Source of the DNA: Marsupella aquatica
Taxonomy: Eukaryota; Plantae; Marchantiophyta
Direction of reading: 5' to 3'
DNA: 64,000 bases
Assembly (NCBI GenBank): GCA_973895155.1
Contig: OZ316896.1
Span: 1,178,001-1,242,000 of the forward strand
Part shown: piece after piece, positions 37,193 through 51,100 of the stretch
How the letters are laid out: each line of letters begins with the position of its first letter
Position numbering within the stretch: the stretch's first letter is position 1
Position numbers and translations under genes: made by a program
The notes under the pieces: generated by a model
The model's input: the letters and a program-made list of their open reading frames with translations, nothing else
Database searches by the model: none
Told to the model about the DNA's origin: nothing

Positions 37193-40130
37193 TCCAGGGT
37201 TTCGTGTCGATCTGATGTGTGGACCGAGTAGAGAATCCTGAATTGATCAGACCCTGGACGCCACGGGAATGTCCTTACGTCACTTTCGCAGAAAATCATC
37301 GTAAATTTGGTTGAAACTTTACATTTGGAATCTGTATCTTCACCTCGTTACAGAAATTCGAAGGGGGGCCTTCTTCGAGACAGTTCGCATCGTCACAATC
37401 GTTTTGATGTAAGATGCAAAGCTTGCGTAGGATTTCGTCACAAACTACAACCGCTTGGAAGTGTCTCTGACCAGAGATGTTTGACGTCTTCCCAGCTTTG
37501 GCCTGGGACAGGGCTACGGTAGTCTTGCAGCACCAGTCCCGTGTGTTCCAACTATCGAGCAAAGACCCTCCTCGACGCCGACCGTGACAGACCTAGTTGT
37601 GCGCGCATCAGCTGTTCCGTGGATTTCAATGACCGCGCTGAGACTTTCTGTTTCTCTGGAAAAGTATCTCTAGCCAAATATTCTGGAGAACTCCTAAATC
37701 TGCTTGTCGCAGACCTTTTGATTTCGTGTCCGTTCGACCGTTTGCTAGTTACCTTCACAGAGTTGATCGTTCGAACCGTCCCCCTGTTTGTGCGATTCAC
37801 CATTGCGAGAAACGCCAGGGCTCTCACCGAATTGCGCAAATGGACCCGCACAGCTGTCCACTGTACAGAGACTATCTTCTCAACATGCGCTTCACAGTGT
37901 CTCGCAAGTTGTGGTAGTAGCGTGCAATCATGTAACATTACACGGAATTGATAATGAAGAAATATTATCCACTTCATATAGATTTTAGTTTTTGTCGCTG
38001 GCGTGACTGTTTTTTGAATAAGTACAGTTCTATCAACGAAATCCTGATTTGTGCATACCTACCTTCCTGTCAATTAAGTTCTCTTCACCATCATATTTGA
38101 CTATAATCATTTTCTTGAGCGAGGTTGGAAATGGTCTCACACAACTATGGTTGTTTTGCTTCGGTCCCCTTTTCCATGAATTGTGTTCTTTTTACGCGCA
38201 AATGTGAGCTATGGGTTGTCCTCTAAATACAAGCAATCTTGGTTCTTGACATGGTTATCAATTACTGTGTCGGCAGCACGTTAATCATATATGGCTAGTA
38301 ATGATGCTTCAGTCACGATAGATGATTGGGTTTCACTCCACTGCTTTTGACGTCACTCATACTGAAAGAATGATTCCCTGTAAAGTATTTTGTTTGTCAA
38401 CGACGACCAGCAACGGCCGGGTACCTCGTCCCAGAGAGATCAGATCGAGCTACGAGAATGTCTAGGTTAGAGGGAGAATAGTAGGAAGTTGCCGACAGTT
38501 GGTCTGCATAGTAAGACAGATTTTCCGGCAGAATGCCAGGTTCTGAGGGTTTGGAAAAAGCAGGTCGATGAAAATTACTTGGGACGAGGAAGTAGACTGT
38601 GGGCACCAGTGGCCTTCTGGATGTGCTCAAGAGAAATGCATCCTGGCAATGGGGATGGTAATGGCGATGGCAATGGCGATGGGGCGCGCTGAAGCTAGGA
38701 ATTCAGGCAGAAGCAGCCAATTTGACACAGGGTTATCCAGAGGCAATCACTCATCCAGCCAGATCACTAAGGCAACAAATTTACACAAGTTTCGACTGAC
38801 GGTATAGTTTCTATGAGCAAGGCACAGTTCTTTGAGCACGATCAATGTACCTGGCTGGAATGATGGAAAAAGTATTCTACACTTCTTCGATTGCTAGTGA
38901 CTATCGCCATTGGCAAGAAGCTGAAAAAGGATAAAAGACAAGAAGCATTCTAGAGTTGTGCTGTCTGGGAACTATTCAAGTAGGAAGTTTTAAGAATTCT
39001 TTACGGCATTGAATATTGGCATGAAGACTTGAGAGGTGACGCTCGAACTGTTTCTCCCTGGAGTGTGGACGTGTGTAAGAAAACAGAAAGCTGATCAGGC
39101 CAAAGCTGATCAGGCCACTCGTGGGCCTCGAAACAATAAGCGATAAGAACTCGGAGAAGCTGCCAGCTTTTGTCTCTCCTATTAAATGTATGAATCTAAA
39201 CACCCAGGTTTAGTCCGTCTTAAATTTAGCCAGTAATTCTTGCTAGGCATGAATCCACAGCTAATGATAGACAACGACATCGCATTGCTCGACTCTCAAG
39301 AAAATGAACACCACACACGGTGTAAATAGTTTTTTTCTGGAGAAAATTAGGTACCCTTGGAGTATGGGTCATTCCAATCCAATGCCGTTGTGGGACAATG
39401 CATTGCTGAGCTACTAACAGAAACCACAAGATGCATACTCTTCCAAATTGAAGTGACGACTTCAGTTCTGTGTAACGGAGCTCAAACTAAACCATACTGG
39501 ATTGTCCAGGAAGATCGGTTACCGACATCATTTGGTTAGGCTCCGAAAACCGGTGACAACAACTTTCCTGGTCACAAGTTTTCCTGCTTTCACTTATGCA
39601 CTTTTGAAGGGTATCAGTAATTACGGTAGTCCTAAGTAGTCATGCGACCTTCGGTAATCTGTAAGAACTCTGTATCAGATTGTTAGTGTAGTACTAATGG
39701 ACAACAGGAGGCCACCCATTTTCAAACTAAGGATGCGATGTTCTGCATCCTCGCCATGTATTGCGTCACAAAAGAGGATGTTCACCGCAGAAAAGAATGC
39801 ACAACCTTTCACACCAAATGAACTAATCCTGCGAAATCCCCAGACATGTAGTTGGAGTCATGGCAGACAAGATGATCTAACATGTATGGGTCATTGAATA
39901 CGTTGTTCCAGTGTCTCTTGTCGTTTTCGATCTGAGTAATTGTGAGAAAGGATTGACCAGACAAGAAATCGAGCATAGTACTCAGTTGGATGTTAAAGTC
40001 TCTCGTCAAGCATTCTTTGGACAGGCAAAAGTGTGAAGGACAGGGAGGAGATTCTCTAGTCCTCTAAGACCCTCCACTGCACTTGTCATTCTATTCACAG
40101 AATAAGATTTTGCAGAAAAGCGCATCGTGA

Positions 40131-40664
40131 GATCTCTCGTTAATTCAAATTACAGATTGCAGAGAAGAAGTGGCAACTTTTTCATGAACTGAAAGTCAAA
40201 GGTTTAGTGATCAGGAATTGATCTCTCCTTAATTCAAATTACAGATTGCGGAGAAGAAGTAGCCACTTCTTCATGAACTGAAAGTCAAAGGTTTAGTGAT
40301 CAGGAATTGATCTCTCCTTAATTCAAATTACAGATTGCAGAGAAGAAGTAGCCACTTCTTCATGAACTGAAAGTCAAAGGTTTAGTGATCAGGAATTGAT
40401 CTCTCCTTAATTCGAATTACAGATTGCAGAGAAGAAGTAGCCACTTCTTCATGAACTGAAAGTCAAAGGTTTAGTGATCAGGAATTGATCTCTCCTTAAT
40501 TCGAATTACAGATTGCAGAGAAGAAGTAGCCACTTCTTCATGAACTGAAAGTCAAAGGTTTAGTGATCAGGAATTGATCTCTCCTTAATTCGAATTACAG
40601 ATTGCAGAGAAGAAGTAGCCACTTCTTCATGAACTGAAAGTCAAAGGTTTAGTGATCAGGAATT
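40131..40664. repeat. Tandem array, 6 x 89 bp
   Basis: Units start at 40131, 40220, 40309, 40398, 40487 and 40576 and are near-identical. Units 2-6 contain the perfect hairpin gaagaagt-agcc-acttcttc; unit 1 has a variant. Confidence 0.95.
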
Positions 40665-42384
40665 GAGTGGTGCTCTATTTAGAAGTGCTCGAAAAACGTT
40701 ACCATCACATGAGTATTCAAGATTATTAAATTAGCATATACCGCTACCTACCCAGTTTCAGGCAATTTGAGGGGAACTAGCGTTTTGCAAAAAGCAAGCC
40801 AACCTCAGAATGACCAGCACAAGGACCGCCCGATTCTCACGACGGTTTTCGGTTTCTTATGTTAAAAAGACAGTAGAACTCAATGGGCTTAAATGCTCAC
40901 CAACGGATGACCGCCTAATTGATCTTCAAATCAAGCTTCACGTTTCGAGACATTTAGATAAAGCAGTCCCGGCTGTTCATCTACGGCCAATGCAGCCACG
41001 CACTATTGGGGACATTTACATGATGGACCCCAAATTGAACCGTGTTATTTTATGGACGCCACAAGTGATCCAGACAATTGATAGACCTTAAATCAACCTA
41101 CCCAAAATCTCGCCCCCAAAACCTCGCCACAAGTGATCCGACAGTTGATAGACTTTAAATTAACGTACCCGAAACCTCAAGTGATTCAGATAGTTGATAG
41201 ACCTTAAACCAACGTATCCAATACCTCATGGGTTGGTTGGGGAGAAAACTTTGAATTGGGTGTTCATCAAGTAATGGGATTGGTTGGAGACAAAACTTTA
41301 AATTTGGGTGATCATCAAGTAAGTGTCTCCGCACTGTTGCAATCGACTGAAAGCTCGTCCACCAACTAGAATCAAGGTTTAAGAATGAAACAGAATTTTG
41401 TAATTGCAGGGTGCAAGTAAAGTATTTCCTCGTTGGTAGGAAAGACACTTCGAAGCAAGCTCAATTTATTACTGGTGGCCAACAGACGTTTCATATGCAT
41501 TTGTCTTGCTTCAATCCGAGATGACCGTAACGCTGACTGTCTGCTTGCCAGAAGATGGCTAACTTGGTAGGTAAGGAATTACACAAAATTGGTCATGCCG
41601 TTCATCGCCTTGCACAGCAGATGCCAGGCAGCTCAAGCGCACGAAGACCTTAATGAGGCCTATGACTAGAGGACTATGAGAAGTACCACACGTCTGCCAC
41701 GTCATGCGTGTCGATAACGGTGGACGCATTCTGCCCCCAAAAAATAAAATTTGCCCTTGCTGGAAGCTGCGAAGAGATTTCGCAAGTTCCCAAGGAGTCA
41801 AAGTAGAAACGACGACAGCCAATTTCTATATAAAAAATCAAAAAGCAGCAAAGAAGAAAAAGTTCCCATTGCCCCGAGGAAGGAAAGACCAGGTTTGACC
41901 AATCGTGCCCTTAGCCATAGTAATGGATTCCAGTAAAGATTCCACCAATACCTGACCAGTCGTTGAAATTGCCGAAGAAAATTTTCACACTTTTTCTAGT
42001 TGCAGACTTTACTTGTGATACAAACTTACGGGCATCCATCGGTACCAGAAAATTTGTAACAACAGAGATTCTGATTGTGAATAAGTTCCTTGAGAAGAAG
42101 ATGGTGTACGTCAGCATGGGCATGGTCGTGCGTGGAAATGAGAATATCTTGGTGGGTGTGGGGCACTTTCCGGGATGTCTCTGCGTCAGGAAGCATTCAC
42201 TCTTGATCATTCTTGATCATTCTTGATCAGCGGAGCTTCGAGATTAGAATGTTTTTTTGAATGGATAAATATGAAATAGATGAACCTGAGGTCCGCGAGG
42301 AGCCAGTCATTCTGGCCGTGGGACTCGCTCGTCGGTCATGTTGGGTTGAAAGAACCTAATGGCTACACACATTTCAATGCAGTT

Positions 42385-43895
42385 TCTTTGTTCTTCGCTG
42401 GACCAACGCACCTGAAAGCTGAGATGAGTAGATGACCAGATGACCATGTAGTCAACAACAAAACGATGAGAGATATGAAAGAATGTAGGAGAATGAGGCT
42501 GCTATATGGGGGGAGGGGGGGGGGCACCTTCTGCCTATCTTGGTCTAGTCTATCATTTGGCTTGGTATTAGTTTGAATTTAGCAAATTCTCTAACCCCTT
42601 AGATTTTTTCAAGTCCTTAGTTCCTATTACATATGTTACAAATCTAATGCATTCTTTATTGCATGAAAGGTTGGACTCACCAGGCTCAACCAGAACAATA
42701 ACGAACTATGCAATGTAGGTTATATGTCCATTGTTTAAAAACTGGGCACCTTCTGCCTATCTTGCTCTAGTCTATCATTTCGCTTGGTATTAGTTTGAAT
42801 TTACTAATTTCTCTAACCCCTTTGATTTTGTCAAGTCCTTAGTTCCTATTGCATGTGTTAAAAATCTAATACATTCTTTATTCCATGAAAAGGTTAGACT
42901 CACCAGGCTCAACCAGGACAGTAACTAACTATGCAATGTAGGTTATATGTCCATTGTTTAAAACCTTTCCAATGCTTATGATTCACAGATTAAAAGGTGT
43001 CACCTAAATAGAGAACCTCTCCAAATAGAGTACAAAGCTAGCCTACTTCTCTTTCAAACACAAAGTAAGTACCCCTAAGGTACATGCAATACTTGTCTCA
43101 CGAGTAACGGACAGTGCTTCTTTTCACTTTCAATCACAACTACACATATAAGGACTAGTGGTAACCTGTAGCTCCCATTTCCTACAAATGGAGGGATGGG
43201 AAGGAGTGTTGGGGTGAGGTCCAAGGTGAATTCCACTGTTTTTTGTCGGATCCACTGCTCAGTGTTGGCAGGATTGAATGGTCGCCAGGCAGAGAAAGGG
43301 GCCTTTTGTATGGGCAGATGTGGTTTAAAAGGTGTGCATTTTTATTCCATATATATTTTTAGAATCATTGTTTCAATACATTTTAATACTATAGATAGCT
43401 TCTATTTCAAAACTAGTTCAATTAATCAGTAGTCCAAATAGGATAGAATAGACTTTATTATGAATAAGTTAAGATAGCTTTGTCTTAGAACGAGCCAGCT
43501 ATGTATATGGAGAGTAGAAGACTCCCTATGGTGAGCAGGATTGAAAGAACCAAATGGTTACAAAAACTTCCGTGTAGCCTCTTTGTTCTTCGCTGGACCA
43601 ACGCACCTGAAAGCAGAGATGACAATTGACAGCAATAGTCAACAACGAAAAGATGAGAAATATGAAAGAATGTCAAAGAGTAGAAGATGCAAAAAATTTT
43701 GATGAATAGAAGACACCCTGTGGTGAGCAGGATTGAAAGCACAATTGGTCATAGATATTTCCATCAGCCTCTCTGTTCTTTGCTAGACCAACGCACCTGC
43801 AAGCTGAGATGACCATTCATTTGGCAGCAATAGTACACAACAAAACGATGAAAAATATGAAATAATGTCGGAGAGCAGAAGACACCCTATAGTGT
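42385..43895. repeat. Three dispersed copies of an approximately 100-150 bp repeat (about 42385, 43580, 43772)
   Basis: Shared tgttcttYgctRgaccaacgcacctg.aagc.gagatga...caacaaaacgatga.a.atatgaaa.aatgt. Confidence 0.75.
42522..42964. repeat. 222-bp tandem duplication
   Basis: gggcaccttctgcctatcttg...tatgtccattgtttaaaaac starts at 42522 and again at 42744. Confidence 0.9.
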
Positions 43896-45047
43896 AGAGT
43901 AACTCGTCCTCAAGAGGGGGTAATGGGATCCAATCCCAGAGGGCAGTGAGCCCATTATCCTCAAGCAAGTGGGGATGAGTTACGGAGCGTAAGGCCCAAG
44001 TGAATTCATTGCATTTTTACATGGGAAAAATCTCATTGGTCATTGTCTATCACTTGCATCCTACTATATTTGTCATTCAAATCTGAGAATCCCCAGGCCA
44101 GATTGCATTGGGGTTTCATGGCTTCACCCAGGGGATCATGCCACATAACCATGTATACAATAAAAAGAATAAAACTCACAAGGGGTTTACAGCAGGAATC
44201 CAAGTTTTTCTGTAAATTGCATTCCAAAAAGCAATAGAAGCATATTGTGTACTTCGTTATATGACCGGGTATATGACAAGGGTTTTCAATACCATAATAG
44301 ACACAACTTTTCATTTATATCACTAAGTGTTGCTCTTATACATATCCGATTAGGGCAATTTGATGTGCGGTTATCTCAACCCAAACCCAACATGGTCAAT
44401 GGTAATTCCCTTGGATATCTTAACTGGGCATTGTCAGTAACATGTCATTTGTTGTGCATTTCTTGCTATTGAATTTGAATGTAGCAGCTGCAGAGGCTAG
44501 AAATGTACAATTACCAAGGGTAGTGTTTTAGGAACTTGTAGCCTGAAATATAGTACGAATCCATGGTATGGTATGGGCTGTGGATTGATACAAATCAACC
44601 CAATTCACAGAAAATCCAGAATTTATTTCTTGATCTCAGATTAGCACAAAACCAAACTTTTCAAAGTTTCATTGGTCAAAATAGGGAGCACTAGCTACTA
44701 AGAAGGACCTTATGAATGGTTACTCAACAGAGACCTCATGGTTGCTGTACAGAGTTGGGGGCAATTTTCAACTTTTTCCTGGTCTTGAAGATATGATCAG
44801 GGCCATCCATTGAGGAGGTACAGCCACAGTTCACTTAACAAAACATTAGGGGCAAGTTGTTTCTATATGGTTGTCATTCCTACATGGAATGGAGTGAGAC
44901 CCAGGCCCAGACCCAAGTGAAAATTTTGTCCTAATTTTTAGACCATCTCTACGAGTGTGGCTTTACAAGACGTTGGGGGGTTTCAACTTGTTACTAGTCT
45001 CCAATATGTGATCAGGGTCATCCATTGGGAGATGCACCTGTATGTCA

Positions 45048-45383
45048 TTTTTTTTGTCTTGAACAGAAAGGAGGAAGACTCTCCTCACCCAAATAGTGAC
45101 AAACATTCATTGTAGTGAACCCATTTCAAGGTGAGCCCCCACTGATCAGACAGGGGCCCACACCAAAAGGGAGCGGATTAAATCAGCTTCACAAAGTGCC
45201 TGGGCAACCAGGCCGAGGCAAAAGGAGATCATCAGAACTCCATCCACTATCCACAAAACCCATCCTACCCACACACACCCACACACCCTTCTGTGTGTAA
45301 GAGGGATTGAACTTGGGACCTCTCAGTTCCAGGCTAATTAAGGCCCGGGCTAAGGCTACTCCCCTAGCCAACTGATACACAAT
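45048..45383 (-). mobile_element. tRNA-derived SINE
   Basis: The minus strand begins gtgtatcagttggctagg (A-box-like) ... gaggtcccaagttcaatccc (B-box-like) and ends in an A8 tail (T8 at 45048-45055). Flanked by TSD tgtatgtca (45039-45047) / tgcatgtca (45384-45392). Confidence 0.7.
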
Positions 45384-46245
45384 TGCATGTCACTCTACAA
45401 AATGTTGGGGGCAGTTTCTTTCTATACTGTGGCCAATCCTAGTGGAAGGGAGTGGGCCCCAAATTTTGCTTGTGTGGAATGCATTTTTGTCTCATATTTT
45501 AGACCACCCCTCTTGGAGGTGTCTTCATATTGGCCTGCTGGTCCATCTTAGTTTGAGTCATTTGCCTTAAAAGTGGACCCACAAGTTCTTCATGGGATCT
45601 TCTCTTGTCAGAACTAGAAGAATTATAGCCAAAGAACTACACTGTCTAGGGAACTTTGAGGTGGAGTGGGTCCCCAAGTTGTCATCAGCCATAAAAGGAT
45701 TCCAAACACTCTTTTATCCCCTATACACTATTTTTAGTGTCTAAGAGGACCCTCTAGCTTTCTTTGGTGAAAAAAGTGCTTGCCCCCACAGTCTTGTAAA
45801 GCCATCCTAATAAGAGGTCTCTTCATCTGGCTGCATCGATAAACTCTTATTTTGAGTTATTTTGAGTTATTTACATTAGAAGTGAATTCACCCTTTCCCC
45901 TCCTTTCCCCCCTTCATTCGGCTGCTTTGCCATTGGGATCGGCGTTTTCTGCCATTTGGCACTATGATGTACACTCACCAGTCCTTTATCAGATCTTCTT
46001 CTGGCAGACCTGTTAGGGCTCTAGCCAAACTAAGAGTGTCAGGTGGAGTTGGTCCCCAACTTGTCTCCTTGGAAAAGTACTCCAATACCACTTGCTCTAG
46101 TTAGCTTTACTAGATGTTGGGGCAATAAAAGGATTCCCAAAACTCTCTGGGCTCCCTAAACTATCTTTAGTATCTAAATGGCCGTCCCGTTGGCTTTTGT
46201 ACAAAAAGTTCACATGTGCCCCATCATCTTCTAAAGACTAGTATG

Positions 46246-46593
46246 TGTTAGATATTGCTCGATCTAGTCTTGTGACTCTTGTGCTAACCACAGTTAGGCT
46301 AACTCGGGTTAGGATCTAGCTAAGGTTAGCGGTAGTGCTGTTGTGCATATAGCCAGGGCTGATGCCAGACCCTGGTGGAACTTAGGCTCATTGTTAAGGA
46401 GCTAGTTGAGAGATAGGGAGAGCTTGTGCTGTGGATGCTTGGTATGGCCGGTCGGCCTAGAGTGCAGTAAAGCTCTTGTGTGTTCCCGTGGACGTAGCCT
46501 CATGTGGAGGTGAACCACGTATCTCTCTGTGTCACCTATTGTGCGTTGGATGGTTCATGGGCTTGCCGTTGCGAATGTCGTCTATGCTCAACA
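46246..46593 (+). repeat. 5' LTR (348 bp) of the plus-strand Copia element
   Basis: TGTTAG...TCAACA, followed 2 nt later by the PBS. Homologous to 28678-29017. Confidence 0.9.
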
Positions 46594-46595
46594 AG

Positions 46596-46607
46596 TGGTA
46601 TCAGAGC
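46596..46607 (+). promoter_or_regulatory. Primer-binding site complementary to initiator tRNA-Met
   Basis: tggtatcagagc immediately after the LTR. Confidence 0.92.
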
Positions 46608-48103
46608 ATGCCTGGGAGGTGACGAGGTTTTTTCGTGACAAGTTTTTCCAGCGTTCATTGTCGATGGTACATTCAGAGTTTCGTCGCATGAAACTTGATT
46701 GTGTGTGGCTGAGCGGATAGGTTAGTGAGAGGGCATTCTAACGGTGGTTAGAGCTTGCTGATCGGTATCCGTGGTGCGGAGGAATTGAAGTTTGCGTCGT
46801 TCAGGGTTTATTCGTGTTCGACGGTATTTCGGGGGAGAAACCAGAGATTGTTTCTTCAACGGTGTGAGCTGTGCGATGCGCGGGGCGTCGCATGTGATAG
46901 TTCAAGTTGAAGGTTGGAGCGTGCTGGTCATTTTGGTATCTAGTTTGCTGACGTTTGCGAAACGAGTGCGTCGTGACGAGTGAAGGAGGCGTTCTGGTTT
47001 TTTGACAAGCTATGGTGCTTGTTTTTCCCTGAACCGGATTACTCGTCGTGACGCTTGACTCGGAGGAAGAAACGCGAAGTGCTGAGGCTCAACGGAGAGA
47101 TTGTGGTGAGACGGTCATTTTGAGTCCGGGATTGGCACTTGACGCGGAGTGAAGGCGACGCAACTGAAGTTCTTTCTCTGGTGGAGCTTCAGACGTGCCG
47201 GTGCAATTCAGAAACATTTTCATGTCGGCGGTCATCACTTTTCTCATTGGAAACCAAAGCGGAGGCGGCTGAGGTTTGTAACACGGCCTTTGTGTCATTT
47301 TGGGCACATTTTTAAGGTTAGTTTAGGGCATTTTTTGCCCCAATACGGTCCCAATACCCGACAAACCAGGTTCGCCATACGCCCCGGCGCGCACACCGGC
47401 CTCCCACACCCCTTTAAGCGCAAAAACGTGCTTTTTTGGGCCCAAATACGGCCAAAAACGCCCATATACGACCCAAAAACGCGAAAATATGCGCATTTTG
47501 ACCCCTGTAAACCCGTTTTTTTTCACGTTTTTTGCTGTTTATACGCGATTCTGGCCGCAAATACGCGCACCTTTGCCAGGGGCTTTAAGACCCCTTTAGA
47601 GTGTGTTTTTCTGAATTTTTTTCTCTCCTCCTCCTCATTGGTTGTGCCTCATCTCGGGCCCTGTGACCCTCCATTTTAACCGCTCCAACAGAGGGAACGG
47701 CCCCCTGTGAGCCCTGTTGGACTGTGCGGGAATATTCCCAAAAAAACAGAGAGCTGGTTTTCGGCCATCACACAAAGATTCCGTCCGCCGCACGGTAACT
47801 TTTTTGGTTCTTTTTTGGTGAGGATGTTGCCACTGGAGTTAGCAATGCGGCGCACCCATCACATCGTGATTCCGACGACAGGTTGTACTTGGTATTTCGG
47901 TTATTCTCCGAGGTGGTCAAAACGGGGGAGTTTCCCAAGGTTTTACCCACCCCGACCAAAATTTGAATAACTTTTCCGTCGAATTTCGATTTTGATTTCG
48001 GATTTCAGTATTGGACTCCTAGCTTTGTGGGCTATGCGGCGGTGTTGAGTTTTGAGTTTTATGAGAAGTTTCGAAAAAAGACGTTTTTTCGTGATTGTTT
48101 CAT

Positions 48104-51100
48104 ATGAGTGACTCGGAGGATACTAGAAGAATTGGCGTCGGTGGAGCTTCAGGATCGCGACGGTCAGACGGAGAGTCTGAGGAGGAGCTGCTACCGTTTG
48201 AGGAGGAACTTATAACACCGGTACGATCACCGGTGCGGCGTGCAGTGGAGGAAGCTGTGTTACTACCAGAGCTGTCGGTAGTAGGGAAGAAGAGGAAGAT
48301 GGCTAGATTTGGAGGAGTGAAGTTTGAGGTGGAGAAGTACGATGGTCGTACTGATTACTTGCTCTGGGAGAAGCAAGTGAAAGGTGTTCTACGGGCTATG
48401 GGCTTAGCTCATCTGCTTTCATCGCGAGAGCAGTATGATGGAGAGGAGGAGATTTCAGTGAGGCAATGGAGACAGGAGCAGGTGATTGCTGTCAATGCAG
48501 TGATGCTATATCTCAAGCCGCACATCATCAAGCAGTTGGATGATTATACGGATTGCGCATCACTGTTCAAGGCTCTAAGAGAGAAGTACTACCGGGTAGA
48601 TGCGTCAGACCGGTTATACAAGAAGTCTCTCTTGATGAGCCTCAGGCTCAAGGAAGGGAGCAAGATGCAGGATCACCTAGATGAGTTTGACAGTCTAGCG
48701 GTTGATCTGTCAAACCTGGGAAAAGGAGTTGAAGATGAGGATAAGGCCTTGCTTCTGCTAAGCTCCTTACCGCCGTCATATCAGGGCTTGAAATAGGTGC
48801 TCTTGTACAGAGATCTGAAGTCCATTTCGTATAATGAGGTGGTGAGCTCTTTACTGTCTGATGATGCTCAAAAGAAGCTGGGTCAATCACAGACAGCATC
48901 TTCTTCTGGCACTGCGCTCAATGTGAACAGGGGCAGAGCAACGCAGTGCACGAATGGGCAGAACAAGTTTAGATCAACATCACGGGGGAGATCTAAATCC
49001 AGAGGAAAATCGCAAGAGAGGAAGCCTCTTGCATGTTGGAATTGTGGCAAGACAGGCCACATGAAAAGGAATTGTCGAGTAAAGGTCCCTACTGCCTCTG
49101 CTAATGCAGCATCGAGCTCGCATGAGGTAGATTTACTCGATGATGATGACATATTGTGATGTCAAGGTTATGCTCTCAACGTAGTGTCAAATCCAGGTAG
49201 TGATGACTGGATTCTAGATAGTGCATGTACTTTTCACATTTTCTCTAGAAGAGATTATTTCAGTTCTTACATGGTTTCCAACGGGTCAGTGTTGATGGGA
49301 AATGGAATCCCATGTCAAGTTGTTGGACTTGGATCTGTACGATTTCAGATGTTTGATGGTGCTGTGAGAACATTGAGGAATGTGAGACATATTCCCAGCA
49401 TGATGAAAAATCTCATTTCACTTGGAGTTTTAGAGGCAAATGGCCATCAGTGGAGTTCTGCTAATGGTGTCCTTCAGGTTTCAACTGGTACTAAAGTTGT
49501 ATTGAAGGGAAACAGACATTGCAATCTATACGTTATGGAGGGCAGTGTAGTCTATGATGAAGCCAATGTAACCTTATCTCATGAGGAGACGGCCCGGCTG
49601 TGGCACTTCCGTTAGGGCCACATGAGTGAAAAAGGTTTGGTTATTCTTCAAAAGAAAGGATTACTTTCTAATTTGCAATCTTGTAAGTTGGAATTTTGTG
49701 AGCACTATGTGCTAGGGAAGCAGCACAAGAAACCCTTCGGAGTTGGAACTCACACCAGCAAGGAGGTACTTGAGTATGTACATAGTGATGTGTGGGGTCC
49801 CGCCCCTACTCCCTCACATTCAGGACGGTTATACTATGTCACGTTCATTGACGATTACTCAATGTATGTGTGGATATACTTTCTACACTATAAATCTGAT
49901 GTTTTTGCCACTTTTAAGGAGTGGAAAGCCCAAGTTGAAAATCAGACTGGTAATAAGGTGAGATATCTTCGATCGGATAACGGCGGTGAATACAGTTCCG
50001 GTGAATTTGGAATGTATTGTAAGGAGCAGTGGATTACCCGCCATCTCACAACAAGCTATACTCCTCAGCAGAATGGTGTTTCTGAGAGACTCAACCGAAC
50101 ACTATTGGACCGCTCGAGGAGTATGTTGAGTCAATCATGCTTACCACATGAGTTTTGGGCTGAAGCTGTCAACACTACAGCTTATTTGGTAAATTTTTCT
50201 CCATCCAGTTCTATTGGATTCAAGACGCCATTTGAAATGAGGTACGGGCGTCCAGCAGATTACTCACATCTGAGGATTTTTGGATGTGATGCTTATGTAC
50301 TTACACCTTCCCAGCTTCGATCCAAGCTGGACTCCAAGTTGAAGAAGTGCATTTTCCTTGGTTATCAGAAAGGTGTGAAGGGTTATAGGTTATGGGATCC
50401 AGTAACCTGTAAGCTAATTGTCAGTAGAGATGTGTCCTTTAATGAATCCAGATCATCAAAGGAGGGGGAGAGTTCTCAGGACTCCCATACTGACAAGGGG
50501 AAATCTCCCATCCCGGACCGGGTTGAGGGGGAGATTAGTCATGATGCAGTTCATGACAGGAGAGATGGAGAAGCTCCGGGCTTGGAGCTGATTCTTGTGA
50601 TGGAACAAGAGGAGAAAATTGTTGTTGGGGTACCTCAAATTCAACCAGCAGCAACAACAGATCAGCCTAAGTCATCTACTAGAAGAACTTCCAGTCGTTC
50701 TACTAGAGCTCCTACCAGGTATGGTCAATGGGCAGACTCATCTAAGCTAGATGATATTGACATTGCACCTGATGAAGATGATATGGCTTTGATCTTGGAA
50801 GAAGGAGAGCCTTCTTCGTATAGTGAGGCTTGTGCTTCAGAGCAGAAGCATGAGTGGAATGCAGCAATGCAGAGGGAGTTGCAATCTTTGAGTGACTAGG
50901 CCCAACTGGGCCCTAGCGATGGGCAAGGTTAGCAGATTCATGTCAAATCCCGGGAAGGTACATTGGGAAGCTGTGAAGTGGATTCTCAGGTATCTGAAGG
51001 GAACACAGGACTATGGATTACTATTTGATAACAGATCAGATAGAACGTTAGTTGGCTATGTAGATTCTGACTATGGAGGCTGTCTGGATACAAGGAGGTC

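Noticed and set aside
37541-37988. Overlapping 136-141 aa ORFs on both strands
   Set aside because: No recognisable motifs or splice structure; cannot be supported as genes.
40131-40664. Possible CRISPR or ncRNA cluster
   Set aside because: Plain tandem repeat with no spacer diversity and no recognisable RNA-family motif.
45290-45383. tRNA gene
   Set aside because: The boxes are degenerate and no full cloverleaf forms; the tail and TSD indicate a SINE.
47089-47970. ORFs up to 176 aa in the Copia leader
   Set aside because: Non-ATG or compositionally biased ORFs within the untranslated leader; no homology evident.
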